A stretch of DNA of 64,000 nt. It comes from Bdellovibrionota bacterium (GTDB lineage Bacteria > Bdellovibrionota > UBA1018 > CAIPTA01 > JAALKR01). The position numbers and the translations under genes are program-made. This document shows positions 55,442 through 64,000 of the stretch, piece after piece. A model generated the notes under the pieces. The model worked only from the letters and a program-made list of their open reading frames with translations. It did not search any database and was not told the DNA's origin. The stretch spans positions 54,197 through 118,196 of the forward strand of contig CBDBMJ010000003.1 of the NCBI GenBank assembly GCA_965207455.1. The letters run 5' to 3'. The stretch's first letter is position 1; every line of letters begins with the position of its first letter.

Positions 55442-58171
55442 CTAAAAGTCTTCGCTAAAAAAATTGCTAGAATCGGGTACCTGCTGCTTATCCCTTGTCC
55501 TGACTGTGGGTTCTGTGCCCTCTGCAAAAGCCACCTTTACGGAATCCACACTTTTGGAGCTAGCAAAACTACCGTCCTTAGGATTTATACGAACAAAAAC
55601 AATGTCTTGGGGCACTTCGTAGGTATTGAGAGGATACACCTCCAAACAACTTTTCATGTAATCCACCCAAGCAGGTAAGGCTGCCCTAGAACCGGTCTCT
55701 CCCTTTCCCAGACTTCTGGGAGCATCGAAACCAGTCCATACTCCCGTTATAATTTCAGGGGAAAAACCCACAAACCAAGCATCCACGAAATCATTGGTAG
55801 TACCTGTTTTTCCACCCAAACTTCTTCCGAGGCGAGAGGCTCTCCAGCCCGTACCACGAGTAACCACGTCACGAAGTATATCTCCTATAATAAAAGCTGT
55901 TTTTGAATTCATTGCGCGCATGGGATCCTCAAACTGAGGTGCCTTGAAGTTGGCAATTTTCTCATCCTTACTCTCATCCTTCTTTTCTCCTGCGGAATCA
56001 GCGGTTTCTGGTATGGGATCAGATTCTTCTGCCAAGGCTTTAGCTGCTGCCTCCTCCTTCATTCTTTCCTCTTCACGATCCTCTAACCATTTTTGAGCTA
56101 TTTCTGCCTGCACGTCTTCCTCATCATACTCGAAAAGAATCTCTCCATTTCTATCTTCGATTTTTAAAATATAAATGGGTTCTATTTTCAATCCATTCCT
56201 GGGAAAAAGCGCATAGCTTTTCGTCAAGTCCATCAAGGATATAATATTGGATCCAAGGGCAAGGGAGAGGTCTTCATTCAATCCTTTTCGTATGTCTAGG
56301 TTTTTTAAGTAATTTAACATATAGGGTACTTGTATTTTCTGTAATAGCTTTACCGTGGGCACATTTCGGCTTTTAATTAATGCCATCCGAAGAGTAGTGT
56401 CTCCATAAAATCGCTCACTATTGTTTTCAGGGATCCATTTAAATTCTTCTTTCCCCTGATTTTCAAAAATCATGGGAGAATCCATAATAATAGACACCGG
56501 GTTATAACCCCTATCTAAGGCAGCGGCATAGATAAAGGGCTTAAAAGCAGAACCCGGTTGACGCTTGCTCTGGATCACTCGATTATATTCTGAATTTCTA
56601 AAATCCACACCACCAACCATGGCCACCACATAGCCTGTTTTTGCTTCCATGCTCACCAGCGCACTCTGAGCTGTTGCTTTTTGGGTCAACGCCACCCTCA
56701 CATACGGATCTTCTTTTTCCTCCTCTGGAGTGTTTTCCTCAGTGAGGTTGGATGGCTCTTCCTGAAAAAGTGCTTTAGGAATATCCAAGACCCTCACATC
56801 AATCACATCACCTAAGCTAAGGGACTCTGAAACTTCTGTAAGCTTCTCACCATTGGAGAACGCATTGGATTCTATTTTTTTAGCCCAACTCATATTATTT
56901 ATACTCAGTTTTGTTTTTATCCCTCCAATCATGGCAACGGCTGCTTTCTTATCCTCATCTATACTAATAACAACGGCATGGTAATCCTCACCCTTGGCAA
57001 GTAAATCTATTTCCTTCTTATATAAGCCCAACTCCTGAGCCTTATTCATGCTGTATTGGGCCCATTCTTCCTGAGACACTTCCTCATTTTTATCTGTGGG
57101 TAAGAGCAAGAAAGGGAATTTCTTTGTGAAAACCTCCACTTGAATTTTCTTTAACTCCTCCAGTATTTCTTCGTTATCCTCTACATACACTTTTTTTGAC
57201 GGTCCCAAATATCCCTGCCTCTTAGAGAGTTTAAGAATATTCCTCACAATTGCTTTGTTTGCGGATAAGGAAAGATTATAGTTAGCGGCAGAATAGATTT
57301 TTAATCCAGCAGTATAGAGCTGATCTTGGCCGTACTCCTCCAACACTTTCCTACGAATGTGCTCCACATAATAGGGGCTAACCTGGTTATTGACTTCCTT
57401 GTAATGGTACAAGCGAACATTTTCCTCCATTGCCTGATCGTGCTGTTCTTGGTCGATATGTTTCGTATCCAACATCCTACCCAATACGTATAGTTGTCGC
57501 CTGCGCGCTTGCACGAAATTCGTCATAGGTGAGTACTTAGAGGGAGCTTGTGCAAGACCTGCCAGTAGTGCCATCTCTGCTATGGTTAGGTCTTTGGCAT
57601 TTTTCTTAAAATATGTTTTGGCTGCTGCTTCCACACCATAAGCTCCATGCCCAAGATAAATTTGATTTAAATATAAAAATAAAATCTCTCTTTTATTGAG
57701 ATTATTTTCTATTTGACTGGCAAGAATGGCTTCCTTGAACTTCCGAGTAAAGGATCGCTCCGAGGTTAATAGTAAAGATTTCGCTACCTGCTGTGTAATG
57801 GTACTTCCTCCCTGCACTACTCTACCTGCTTTCAAATTAGCCAAAGTGGCTCGAAGGATTCCTAAAAAATCAATCCCCTTATGATCAAAAAATCGATCAT
57901 CCTCTGCACTAATAAAAGCTTCCACAGCGAGTTGGGGAATTTCATCAATACTCAGCACATAACGCCTTTCCTTGTAGAACTCTCCTATTATGCGACCGTC
58001 GCGAGAAAATACTTGGGTAACTAGTGCAGGTGAGTAGTCTCGCAAAGAAGAAATAGCTGGTAGATTTTTTAATACAACAAGGATTGCAATTAAGGCTGCT
58101 GTAACTCCAATAATACCCAAGATAAAACAGCTAAAAAATATTTTTTTATACGACATTATACTCTCTCCCAA
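55442..58171 (-). CDS. mrcA: Penicillin-binding protein 1A (bifunctional glycosyltransferase/transpeptidase)
   Basis: GT51 motifs EDDRFFDHKGID and GGSTITQQ; transpeptidase SxxK (SAFK) and KTG(T) motifs; 909 aa. Confidence 0.85.
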   Translation of the reverse strand: MGESIMSYKKIFFSCFILGIIGVTAALIAILVVLKNLPAISSLRDYSPALVTQVFSRDGRIIGEFYKERRYVLSIDEIPQLAVEAFISAEDDRFFDHKGIDFLGILRATLANLKAGRVVQGGSTITQQVAKSLLLTSERSFTRKFKEAILASQIENNLNKREILFLYLNQIYLGHGAYGVEAAAKTYFKKNAKDLTIAEMALLAGLAQAPSKYSPMTNFVQARRRQLYVLGRMLDTKHIDQEQHDQAMEENVRLYHYKEVNNQVSPYYVEHIRRKVLEEYGQDQLYTAGLKIYSAANYNLSLSANKAIVRNILKLSKRQGYLGPSKKVYVEDNEEILEELKKIQVEVFTKKFPFLLLPTDKNEEVSQEEWAQYSMNKAQELGLYKKEIDLLAKGEDYHAVVISIDEDKKAAVAMIGGIKTKLSINNMSWAKKIESNAFSNGEKLTEVSESLSLGDVIDVRVLDIPKALFQEEPSNLTEENTPEEEKEDPYVRVALTQKATAQSALVSMEAKTGYVVAMVGGVDFRNSEYNRVIQSKRQPGSAFKPFIYAAALDRGYNPVSIIMDSPMIFENQGKEEFKWIPENNSERFYGDTTLRMALIKSRNVPTVKLLQKIQVPYMLNYLKNLDIRKGLNEDLSLALGSNIISLMDLTKSYALFPRNGLKIEPIYILKIEDRNGEILFEYDEEDVQAEIAQKWLEDREEERMKEEAAAKALAEESDPIPETADSAGEKKDESKDEKIANFKAPQFEDPMRAMNSKTAFIIGDILRDVVTRGTGWRASRLGRSLGGKTGTTNDFVDAWFVGFSPEIITGVWTGFDAPRSLGKGETGSRAALPAWVDYMKSCLEVYPLNTYEVPQDIVFVRINPKDGSFASSKSVDSVKVAFAEGTEPTVRTRDKQQVPDSSNFFSEDF

Positions 58172-58176
58172 TCACC

Positions 58177-59121
58177 CTAATCTAGGGCAAGCTCCTCGGC
58201 CATGGCCTCAATAGTAATAAAAGCTGCTTCTTTGCCTGCTGCCATGATTCCAGCACGTCGCTTGAAATCCATAAAAGAATAATTACTAAGCTCCGGCTTG
58301 ATGAGGAATTGAGCTTCTCCTCTTTGGTACTTGGAAATATTTTTTGCTACGAAAAACTGCATGGCTATTTTTTTCCTGTCTTTATCCAGAAAATTCAGTC
58401 GAAAATCGTCGTTCAATAAATCCACAACAACCACATGGGTGGCACCTTTTTTTTTCGCTAAAGCAATGGGCAAGGGACGAAACAAAGCGCCACTAAAGAG
58501 TTCTTTATTCTCATTGATCTTCCATGGCTCAAATATACCTGGGATGGCAATAGCCACACTCACCGCATCTGCCACCTCTTCATCATCTAAAGTGATAAAC
58601 CTGCCGTACTCAGGTTCCATGGCTGGAACAATAAGTTTTATCTTTAAATCACGTTGCTGCTTAAATCCCAAATAGGAACGAAGGAATTTATGTATCTTTT
58701 TTCCACTGGCTGCTCGGGAAAACAAGGCCGAATCCAAATAGGTATTCTTTTTTAATTTAAACAACTGCCACTGTAAGGCATTAATTTCTCCAGAACTGGC
58801 AAAAAGTCCACCTACCACTGCTCCCATTTCCATACCGACAATACAATGCAAAGGCACGTTTTTTTCCACAAAGGCTTCCAACACGCCCACATGGGCAAAA
58901 CCCCTAGCCATGCCCGGACCCAAAACAAGGCAAATGCGAGCCTCCGGATCCCAGGCAATAGCACCAGCCTTGGTGTCTTCTTTTCTTATCTTCTCACGCT
59001 CAATAACAGGCGCACTAGTGACCTCATCATATAAAGAATACTTCTTCTTGGATCCAGTGGCACAGGCTCCTAGTAGGAGAGAAAGTACACAGCCAGCAAT
59101 AATCCTATTTTTTGCTTCCAT
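58177..59121 (-). CDS. Patatin-like phospholipase lipoprotein
   Basis: Lipobox LLLGACATGS; GPGMARGFAHVGVL oxyanion motif and GxSxG. Confidence 0.75.
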   Translation of the reverse strand: MEAKNRIIAGCVLSLLLGACATGSKKKYSLYDEVTSAPVIEREKIRKEDTKAGAIAWDPEARICLVLGPGMARGFAHVGVLEAFVEKNVPLHCIVGMEMGAVVGGLFASSGEINALQWQLFKLKKNTYLDSALFSRAASGKKIHKFLRSYLGFKQQRDLKIKLIVPAMEPEYGRFITLDDEEVADAVSVAIAIPGIFEPWKINENKELFSGALFRPLPIALAKKKGATHVVVVDLLNDDFRLNFLDKDRKKIAMQFFVAKNISKYQRGEAQFLIKPELSNYSFMDFKRRAGIMAAGKEAAFITIEAMAEELALD

Positions 59122-59842
59122 AGAGAAAAAACTCCTGATTCCCTTTTTTACCTTTAATTTCTGAGGGCTTTATACCAAGCACTCGAAACGAATAACTCTC
59201 CACATGCTCCTTAGCGGAACGCAAAACATTCTCAATTAAATCCTCATTCTTTACCACACCACTTTTATTTAAACCCGATGGTCCCACTTCAAACTGAGGT
59301 TTTACAAGGGCGAGGAGCTTACCTCCTGATGGTAGAAACTTTGTTATGTGTGGAATAATTTTATGGAGCGACACAAAGGAAACATCCACTAAAACAATAT
59401 CAATCACATGAGCAATATTAACTAGAGGAAATTTCTGAATGGAAATGCCTTCCCAAAAATCTACCCGATGATCCATTCGCAGTGTTTTATCCAATTGATC
59501 CGTCCCCACATCCACACAATAAACATGTTGAGCACCTTTTTCTAATACACAACCAGTAAATCCTCCTGTGGAAGCGCCCACATCCAGAACCACCTTGTTA
59601 CGAACAGAAATAGCAAAATCACTAAGTGCTCTATCTAATTTTAAACCACCTCTGGAGATATGGGCACACCATTTTTTAGAAATCTTTACCTTGTGAGCGT
59701 GAGAAACCGTTTGACTCGGCTTCCAGCAGGTACGGTCGTCCACATACACTCCACCCCGGAGAATGAGATCCCGGGCCTGGCTCCTGCTCTTCACCAAACC
59801 TTTCTGAAAAATCCACTGATCTAGGCGAAAATCAGGTGTCAT
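59105..59842 (-). CDS. tlyA: TlyA-family rRNA 2'-O-methyltransferase
   Basis: S4-like N-terminus (RLDQWIFQKGLVKSRSQARDLI) and FtsJ-like VLDVGASTGGFT. Confidence 0.85.
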   Translation of the reverse strand: MTPDFRLDQWIFQKGLVKSRSQARDLILRGGVYVDDRTCWKPSQTVSHAHKVKISKKWCAHISRGGLKLDRALSDFAISVRNKVVLDVGASTGGFTGCVLEKGAQHVYCVDVGTDQLDKTLRMDHRVDFWEGISIQKFPLVNIAHVIDIVLVDVSFVSLHKIIPHITKFLPSGGKLLALVKPQFEVGPSGLNKSGVVKNEDLIENVLRSAKEHVESYSFRVLGIKPSEIKGKKGNQEFFLYGSKK

Positions 59843-60089
59843 CTCTAAACGCTTCAGTGTTAATCATTTCTTTATTCGAGGAAACTAAAAGTTCAATTTT
59901 CTGTTCTGCCTCACTTAGTTTTTCCTGACAACGTTTAGCCAAAACCAAGCCCTTTTCAAATTCCTCCATGGACTTCTCAAGAGGGCTTTCTCCTCTTTCT
60001 AAATTCCGAACAATTCCCCTAAGCTCCTCTAGTAGAACTTCCAATGTCTCCTGCTTTTTCTTTTTCTCGGTAACTTTTTTCTTTTTCAT
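59832..60089 (-). CDS. xseB: Exodeoxyribonuclease VII small subunit
   Basis: LEELRGIVRNLERGESPLEKSMEEFEKGLVLAKRCQEKL. Confidence 0.8.
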   Translation of the reverse strand: MKKKKVTEKKKKQETLEVLLEELRGIVRNLERGESPLEKSMEEFEKGLVLAKRCQEKLSEAEQKIELLVSSNKEMINTEAFRDDT

Positions 60090-60186
60090 CCTCCCTTCTT
60101 ATCACTTTACTTACCCCTATTTCTAGCCCGTTTTTCCAACTTTTTGCTTATAAAAGCCCTCCTCTGCTATACTTAGGCTAAGATCT

Positions 60187-60693
60187 ATGAAAATACTGAC
60201 AAAAAAACCTCTCTATCAGTTCTTTTGTCCCCTATGTGGACAAGAAAAGAAAACGCCCCACCCCAACCATAAGACTTCCCTTCGAAACCATGTCCAAATT
60301 TTCCTTGCCACCTCTTTCTTTACACTCCTCACTTGGGAGTATTTTCACTGGAAGGGCGTGGTTAGCTACTTTCTTTTCTGGAGCCTTACGGATTTTTTTC
60401 TTCGATTGAAACGACGACAGCTGCTGATTTGTAAGTCCTGTGGTTTTGACCCCTTTTTATACACTTCGAATCCTGAAAAAATGCGTAGCGTCGTAAGGAG
60501 GCATATCCAAAAGCGCATTCATGCTGAGAGCCTGTTCCAGGGGGTTGCCCTAAAAAATTATCACACAGCCCCAGAAGAGTCCTCTCCCTCCCCAAAACCA
60601 CTGGAACGCAATGCCCAAGGGCTGGAGGAAAATCTTCCATCTATGCCTCCCCCCGACTTGACTCCCATACCTCCCCTAGATACAAATCAGTAA
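60187..60693 (+). CDS. Hypothetical membrane protein with zinc-ribbon CxxC pairs and Pro-rich tail
   Basis: CPLCGQ...CKSCGF; one or two TM helices. Confidence 0.4.
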   Translation: MKILTKKPLYQFFCPLCGQEKKTPHPNHKTSLRNHVQIFLATSFFTLLTWEYFHWKGVVSYFLFWSLTDFFLRLKRRQLLICKSCGFDPFLYTSNPEKMRSVVRRHIQKRIHAESLFQGVALKNYHTAPEESSPSPKPLERNAQGLEENLPSMPPPDLTPIPPLDTNQ

Positions 60694-60723
60694 ACATCAA
60701 TTTATATTCCAAAGGAGATTTTC

Positions 60724-61167
60724 ATGTCAGTAAATAAAGTGATTTTAGTAGGACGACTGGGAGCCGACCCAGAAATACGTTATACGCCATCTGGAGCGGC
60801 CGTAACAAATTTTAACCTAGCCACCAGCGAGAGTTGGAACGACAAAAGCGGGCAAAAACAGGAGCGTACCGAATGGCACCGAATTGTGGTGTGGGCAAAA
60901 CTAGCTGAGCTATGCAATCAATACTTATCGAAAGGACGACAATGCTACCTAGAAGGTCGACTCCAAACAAGACAATGGGACGATAAGGACGGCAATAAAC
61001 GCTACACCACAGAAATCGTTGCCAGCACTGTTCAATTTCTAGGATCCAACGCCCAATCCACTACCAATACAGACGAGACAGCGGCGGATACCAGTACTAC
61101 TAATCAACCACCTCCTAGCACTGGAGCAACGGAAACATCCTTTACTGAAGACGATATACCATTTTAA
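60724..61167 (+). CDS. ssb: Single-stranded DNA-binding protein
   Basis: OB-fold N-terminus and acidic tail ending DDIPF. Confidence 0.95.
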   Translation: MSVNKVILVGRLGADPEIRYTPSGAAVTNFNLATSESWNDKSGQKQERTEWHRIVVWAKLAELCNQYLSKGRQCYLEGRLQTRQWDDKDGNKRYTTEIVASTVQFLGSNAQSTTNTDETAADTSTTNQPPPSTGATETSFTEDDIPF

Positions 61168-61214
61168 ACACGCCTAACGGTATTTCGATCCACTGCGAAG
61201 TTAAGAGGTGAACC

Positions 61215-61958
61215 ATGAGATTTCTCGTTGTCATTCCGACCTATAATGAAATAGAAAATCTCCAAGATATCACCTCCTTAATCTTGCAACATGCGGACGA
61301 AACCGCAAAACTAGCTGGTATCCAAGAGTTTCATATTCTCATCGTGGACGATAACTCTCCCGACGGCACCGGCGCTCTTGCAGCGGAGCTATCCAAAAAA
61401 GATCCACGTATCTTTGTGATACACAGACAGCAAAAAGAGGGACTGGGCAGGGCCTGTATTAGTGGCTTTTGTTGGGGCATAGAAAGAAAGTATGATGCCC
61501 TTTGTGAAATGGACGCAGATTTTTCCCACCACCCCAAACACCTCAAGGACTTTTTTCCTCTCCTAAAAAACCACAGCGTGGTTATTGGTTCTCGCTACAC
61601 TCCCTCTGGAAATACAAAAAACTGGAGCATCTTTCAAAGAGCTATCAGCAGGGGAGGAAACCTATACGCCCAGACCATGCTGGGACTCCACATTCAGGAT
61701 CTAACAGGAGGCTATAACGTTTGGAAACGTGAAGTCTTGGAAGCCATCGGCCTCTCTTCTATTGAAAGCCAGGGCTATCTCTTTCAAATTGAAATGAAAT
61801 ATCGGGCATGGATAAAAGGGTTTTCCATGGTGGAAACCCCCATCGTTTTTGAAGAACAAAACCAAGGCCCCTCAAAAATATCCAAAAAAATTCTTTTAGA
61901 AGCGGTTTTCCGTATACCTGTTTTACGAACAAATAAAAACTCCCATGTCTCTCATTAA
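61215..61958 (+). CDS. GT2 polyprenol-phosphate mannosyl/glucosyltransferase (Dpm1-like)
   Basis: VVIPTYNE...DDNSPDGT...GSRY motifs. Confidence 0.8.
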   Translation: MRFLVVIPTYNEIENLQDITSLILQHADETAKLAGIQEFHILIVDDNSPDGTGALAAELSKKDPRIFVIHRQQKEGLGRACISGFCWGIERKYDALCEMDADFSHHPKHLKDFFPLLKNHSVVIGSRYTPSGNTKNWSIFQRAISRGGNLYAQTMLGLHIQDLTGGYNVWKREVLEAIGLSSIESQGYLFQIEMKYRAWIKGFSMVETPIVFEEQNQGPSKISKKILLEAVFRIPVLRTNKNSHVSH

Positions 61959-62097
61959 AAAACGCCTCCCTTACCTACTCATTGGCCTTCTCATCGGCAC
62001 GGCCCTATCCGTCCTGCTCATACAAGCCAAACGGCAGCGATTGCTAAACCAAACTACTCCAGCACCAACCCAATCAGGTGAAAAAAAACAAGATTGA
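61945..62097 (+). CDS. Possible 50-aa single-TM protein (MSLIKKRLPYLLIGLLIGTALSVLLIQ...), overlaps the GT2 stop
   Basis: ATG at 61945 in the +2 frame relative to the GT2 gene; below the ORF-track length cut-off. Confidence 0.3.
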   Translation: MSLIKKRLPYLLIGLLIGTALSVLLIQAKRQRLLNQTTPAPTQSGEKKQD

Positions 62098-62120
62098 GGT
62101 TATACTGAAGGGGTAGGAAC

Positions 62121-62873
62121 ATGAAATCTCGCCCCAATATTACTGCCACAATTATTACCTTAAATGAGGAAGAGAGCTTACTGCGCACTTTGGAAAGTCT
62201 TGCTTGGGTGGAAGAAATTGTGGTGGTGGACTGTGGTTCCGTGGATAAAACTCAACAGATTGCCCAAGCAGCAGGAGCAAAAGTAATAGAAAACAAATGG
62301 CAGGGCTATGGACAGCAAAAGAATTTTGCCATGGAACAGGCCACCCATGATTGGGTACTCAATCTGGATGCAGATGAAGTAATAAGCCCGGAGCTAAAAA
62401 AAGAAATAGAGCTTTTTTTACAATCCCCGGAGTTAACAAATTATCGAGGAGCAAAGATGCCAAGACGGGCATGGTATTTGGGACGATGGATTCGCCATGG
62501 GGGATGGTATCCAAATTACACCACACGCTTAAGCCATAAAAAATACAGCCGCTGGACGGAGCCTCCCATCCATGAATCCCTTGGGGTGGACGGCAAGGTA
62601 TATTCCTTTTCCCGTGATCTACTCCACTATCCTTTCTCCACCATGGGAGAACAGATAAACGCAAATGTGCGCTACGCTCAATTAGGTGCTGCCACAGCAA
62701 AAGCCCAAGGAGAGAAATCCTCCCTTATGAAGATACTCTCAAGACCCACCGTAAAATTTTTAGAAACCTATATTTGGAAACGGGGATTTTTAGACGGCTT
62801 CCCGGGTTTTGTGATTGCCGTAAATAGTTCCCATTCCATGTTTATGAAGTATGTGGAGATCTACCTTGCCTAA
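62121..62873 (+). CDS. GT2-family glycosyltransferase (LPS-core WaaE/KdtX-like)
   Basis: ATIITLNEEESLLRTLESL...VVDCGSVDKT...LDADE motifs. Confidence 0.75.
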   Translation: MKSRPNITATIITLNEEESLLRTLESLAWVEEIVVVDCGSVDKTQQIAQAAGAKVIENKWQGYGQQKNFAMEQATHDWVLNLDADEVISPELKKEIELFLQSPELTNYRGAKMPRRAWYLGRWIRHGGWYPNYTTRLSHKKYSRWTEPPIHESLGVDGKVYSFSRDLLHYPFSTMGEQINANVRYAQLGAATAKAQGEKSSLMKILSRPTVKFLETYIWKRGFLDGFPGFVIAVNSSHSMFMKYVEIYLA

Positions 62874-63567
62874 TATTCTAATTATCGACAACAATATAAT
62901 GCAGCCCCATGGGTGCTTAGACATTACCCGTACCCTACTGGAAAACACAAAAGATGGACTGGATACCACCGTTTGTCGAGGACCAGAGCAACAAATTCCT
63001 TTCTCTTCCAAAGGTTTTGACGGGGTTATTATCTCCGGATCCAAAACCACAATCCTAGACAATGCACCTTGGGTGGGGCAACTCATGGACTTCATTCGTA
63101 AACTACACCAAGAAAAAATTCCTGCTCTGGGTATCTGTTACGGATCTCAGATTATTATAAAATCCCTGTTTGGAGATAACCATGTTCGCAGGGCTCGTAC
63201 CCCTGAGGTGGGCTTAGTAAAAATTAAACTTACCGATGGGGGAAAAAAATCTCCTATTTTTGAGAATCTGCCTCACGAGTTTTATTCCTTTTGTTATCAC
63301 TTCGACGAAATAGCTAAACTACCACAGGAATACGCCATCACAGCCCTATCCCAAAACTGCGCCATCCAAGGCTATGACGTTCCCAACACTCCAATATGGG
63401 GCATACAGTTCCATCCGGAAAAGAACCCGAAAGAATGTGCCGCAAATGTGAGGAGTATAAAGGAAGAGATTTCGGGAATATCTATTTTTAATGAAGATGA
63501 TCTGGAGAAAATGTTTGACCGCACGGTAGGAGATAAAATCTTTACGAACTTCTTAAAGCAAGTCTAA
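62851..63567 (+). CDS. Class I glutamine amidotransferase (GATase1) domain protein
   Basis: Catalytic triad context ALGICYGSQII and GIQFHPE. Confidence 0.7.
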   Translation: MWRSTLPNILIIDNNIMQPHGCLDITRTLLENTKDGLDTTVCRGPEQQIPFSSKGFDGVIISGSKTTILDNAPWVGQLMDFIRKLHQEKIPALGICYGSQIIIKSLFGDNHVRRARTPEVGLVKIKLTDGGKKSPIFENLPHEFYSFCYHFDEIAKLPQEYAITALSQNCAIQGYDVPNTPIWGIQFHPEKNPKECAANVRSIKEEISGISIFNEDDLEKMFDRTVGDKIFTNFLKQV

Positions 63568-63679
63568 GCCAAGCTTTGGGCATACACTCCCATATTCGGA
63601 CACCGGAGCTGGGAGAGTCGCTCCAGAAAGAGATTTTCCGTTACGCTACTAAGGCCTAAATCTTGCATTTTTTCTCTTA

Positions 63680-64000
63680 ATGGGAAAACAGTACTATATC
63701 TCCGCTGCTATCAAAATCCTCAGTAAACATGCTTTTGGTTTTCCAGAAATAAAAAAAGGACAGGAAGAAATTATCCGAGCCCTAGCTCTGGGTCGATCTG
63801 TTTTTGCTATCTTCCCAACAGGCTACGGTAAAACCTTATGCTACCAAATCCCTGTACTCCTATGGAACTGGAAAATATTTATCGTCTCCCCTCTTATTTC
63901 CTTGCTCCTCGATCAACGAGAGAGAATGGAAAAAGCAGGCATACCCACTCTTTGCTTCCACAGCGGGCTTTCCAAGGAGGAAAGAAAAGAAATGAACAAA
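63680..64000 (+). CDS. recQ: ATP-dependent DNA helicase RecQ, N-terminal fragment (continues past window)
   Basis: FGFPEIKKGQEEIIRALALGRSVFAIFPTGYGKTLCYQIPVLL...IVSPLISLLLDQ matches the RecQ helicase motifs 0/I/Ia; ORF open to the window end. Confidence 0.7.
   Translation, partial: MGKQYYISAAIKILSKHAFGFPEIKKGQEEIIRALALGRSVFAIFPTGYGKTLCYQIPVLLWNWKIFIVSPLISLLLDQRERMEKAGIPTLCFHSGLSKEERKEMNK

Overview
This is a 64-kb chromosomal segment of a flagellated Gram-negative bacterium with roughly 45% GC. It carries lipoprotein-processing and outer-membrane genes (lspA, a BamD-like gene, tonB/exbBD) and flgH/flgI L- and P-ring genes. Gene density is high on both strands, and I found no rRNA, tRNA or CRISPR array.

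Main blocks, in order:
- 1–213: the 3' end of uvrA.
- 222–3751: small secreted and outer-membrane proteins, including two tandem YbjQ-like lipoproteins and an OMP with acidic repeats.
- 4247–7365: hisS and aspS.
- 7325–12913: a complete pantothenate/CoA cluster on the minus strand (panC, coaBC, coaX, a secreted Lys-rich gene, panB, an ilvC-like reductase), with a divergent panD.
- 12918–14039: rmuC.
- 14388–16240: an AT-rich islet with two tandem secreted paralogs that share an identical 97-bp 3' module.
- 16450–19735: a RibD-like gene and an orphan 2-oxoacid dehydrogenase E1 alpha/beta pair.
- 19861–20796: ldcA.
- 20800–24700: a small low-GC accessory islet. It holds an AbiEi/AbiEii cassette bounded by about 45-bp imperfect direct repeats that duplicate the ldcA 3' end, an orphan lipoprotein, and a hipBA module with a nested palindromic operator.
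- 24897–31268: the collinear pho regulon phoB-phoR-pstS-pstC-pstA-pstB-phoU on the minus strand.
- 31300–32923: a second AT-rich islet with a small secreted protein behind a textbook sigma70 promoter, plus a pseudo-receiver/TPR protein.
- 33068–41293: lspA, plsY, exbBD, an M20 peptidase, and TPR/SH3 and BamD-like lipoproteins.
- 42019–51432: a late-flagellar block, fliW-csrA-flgL-flgK-flgN-flgM-(rod-binding)-flgI-flgH-flgA-flgG-flgF, all on the minus strand.
- 51682–54039: folD-gcvT-gcvH.
- 54578–64000: tonB-like, PBP1A, patatin, tlyA, xseB, ssb, two GT2 glycosyltransferases, a GATase1 gene and the start of recQ.

The most unusual signals are:
- the TA/abortive-infection islet inserted at the ldcA 3' end;
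- the paralog pair with a conserved C-terminal tag and 3' UTR;
- G8/C8 homopolymer tracts inside two surface-protein genes;
- a KARI-like gene in the ketopantoate-reductase position;
- a near-consensus Pho box in the flgF/folD intergenic region.
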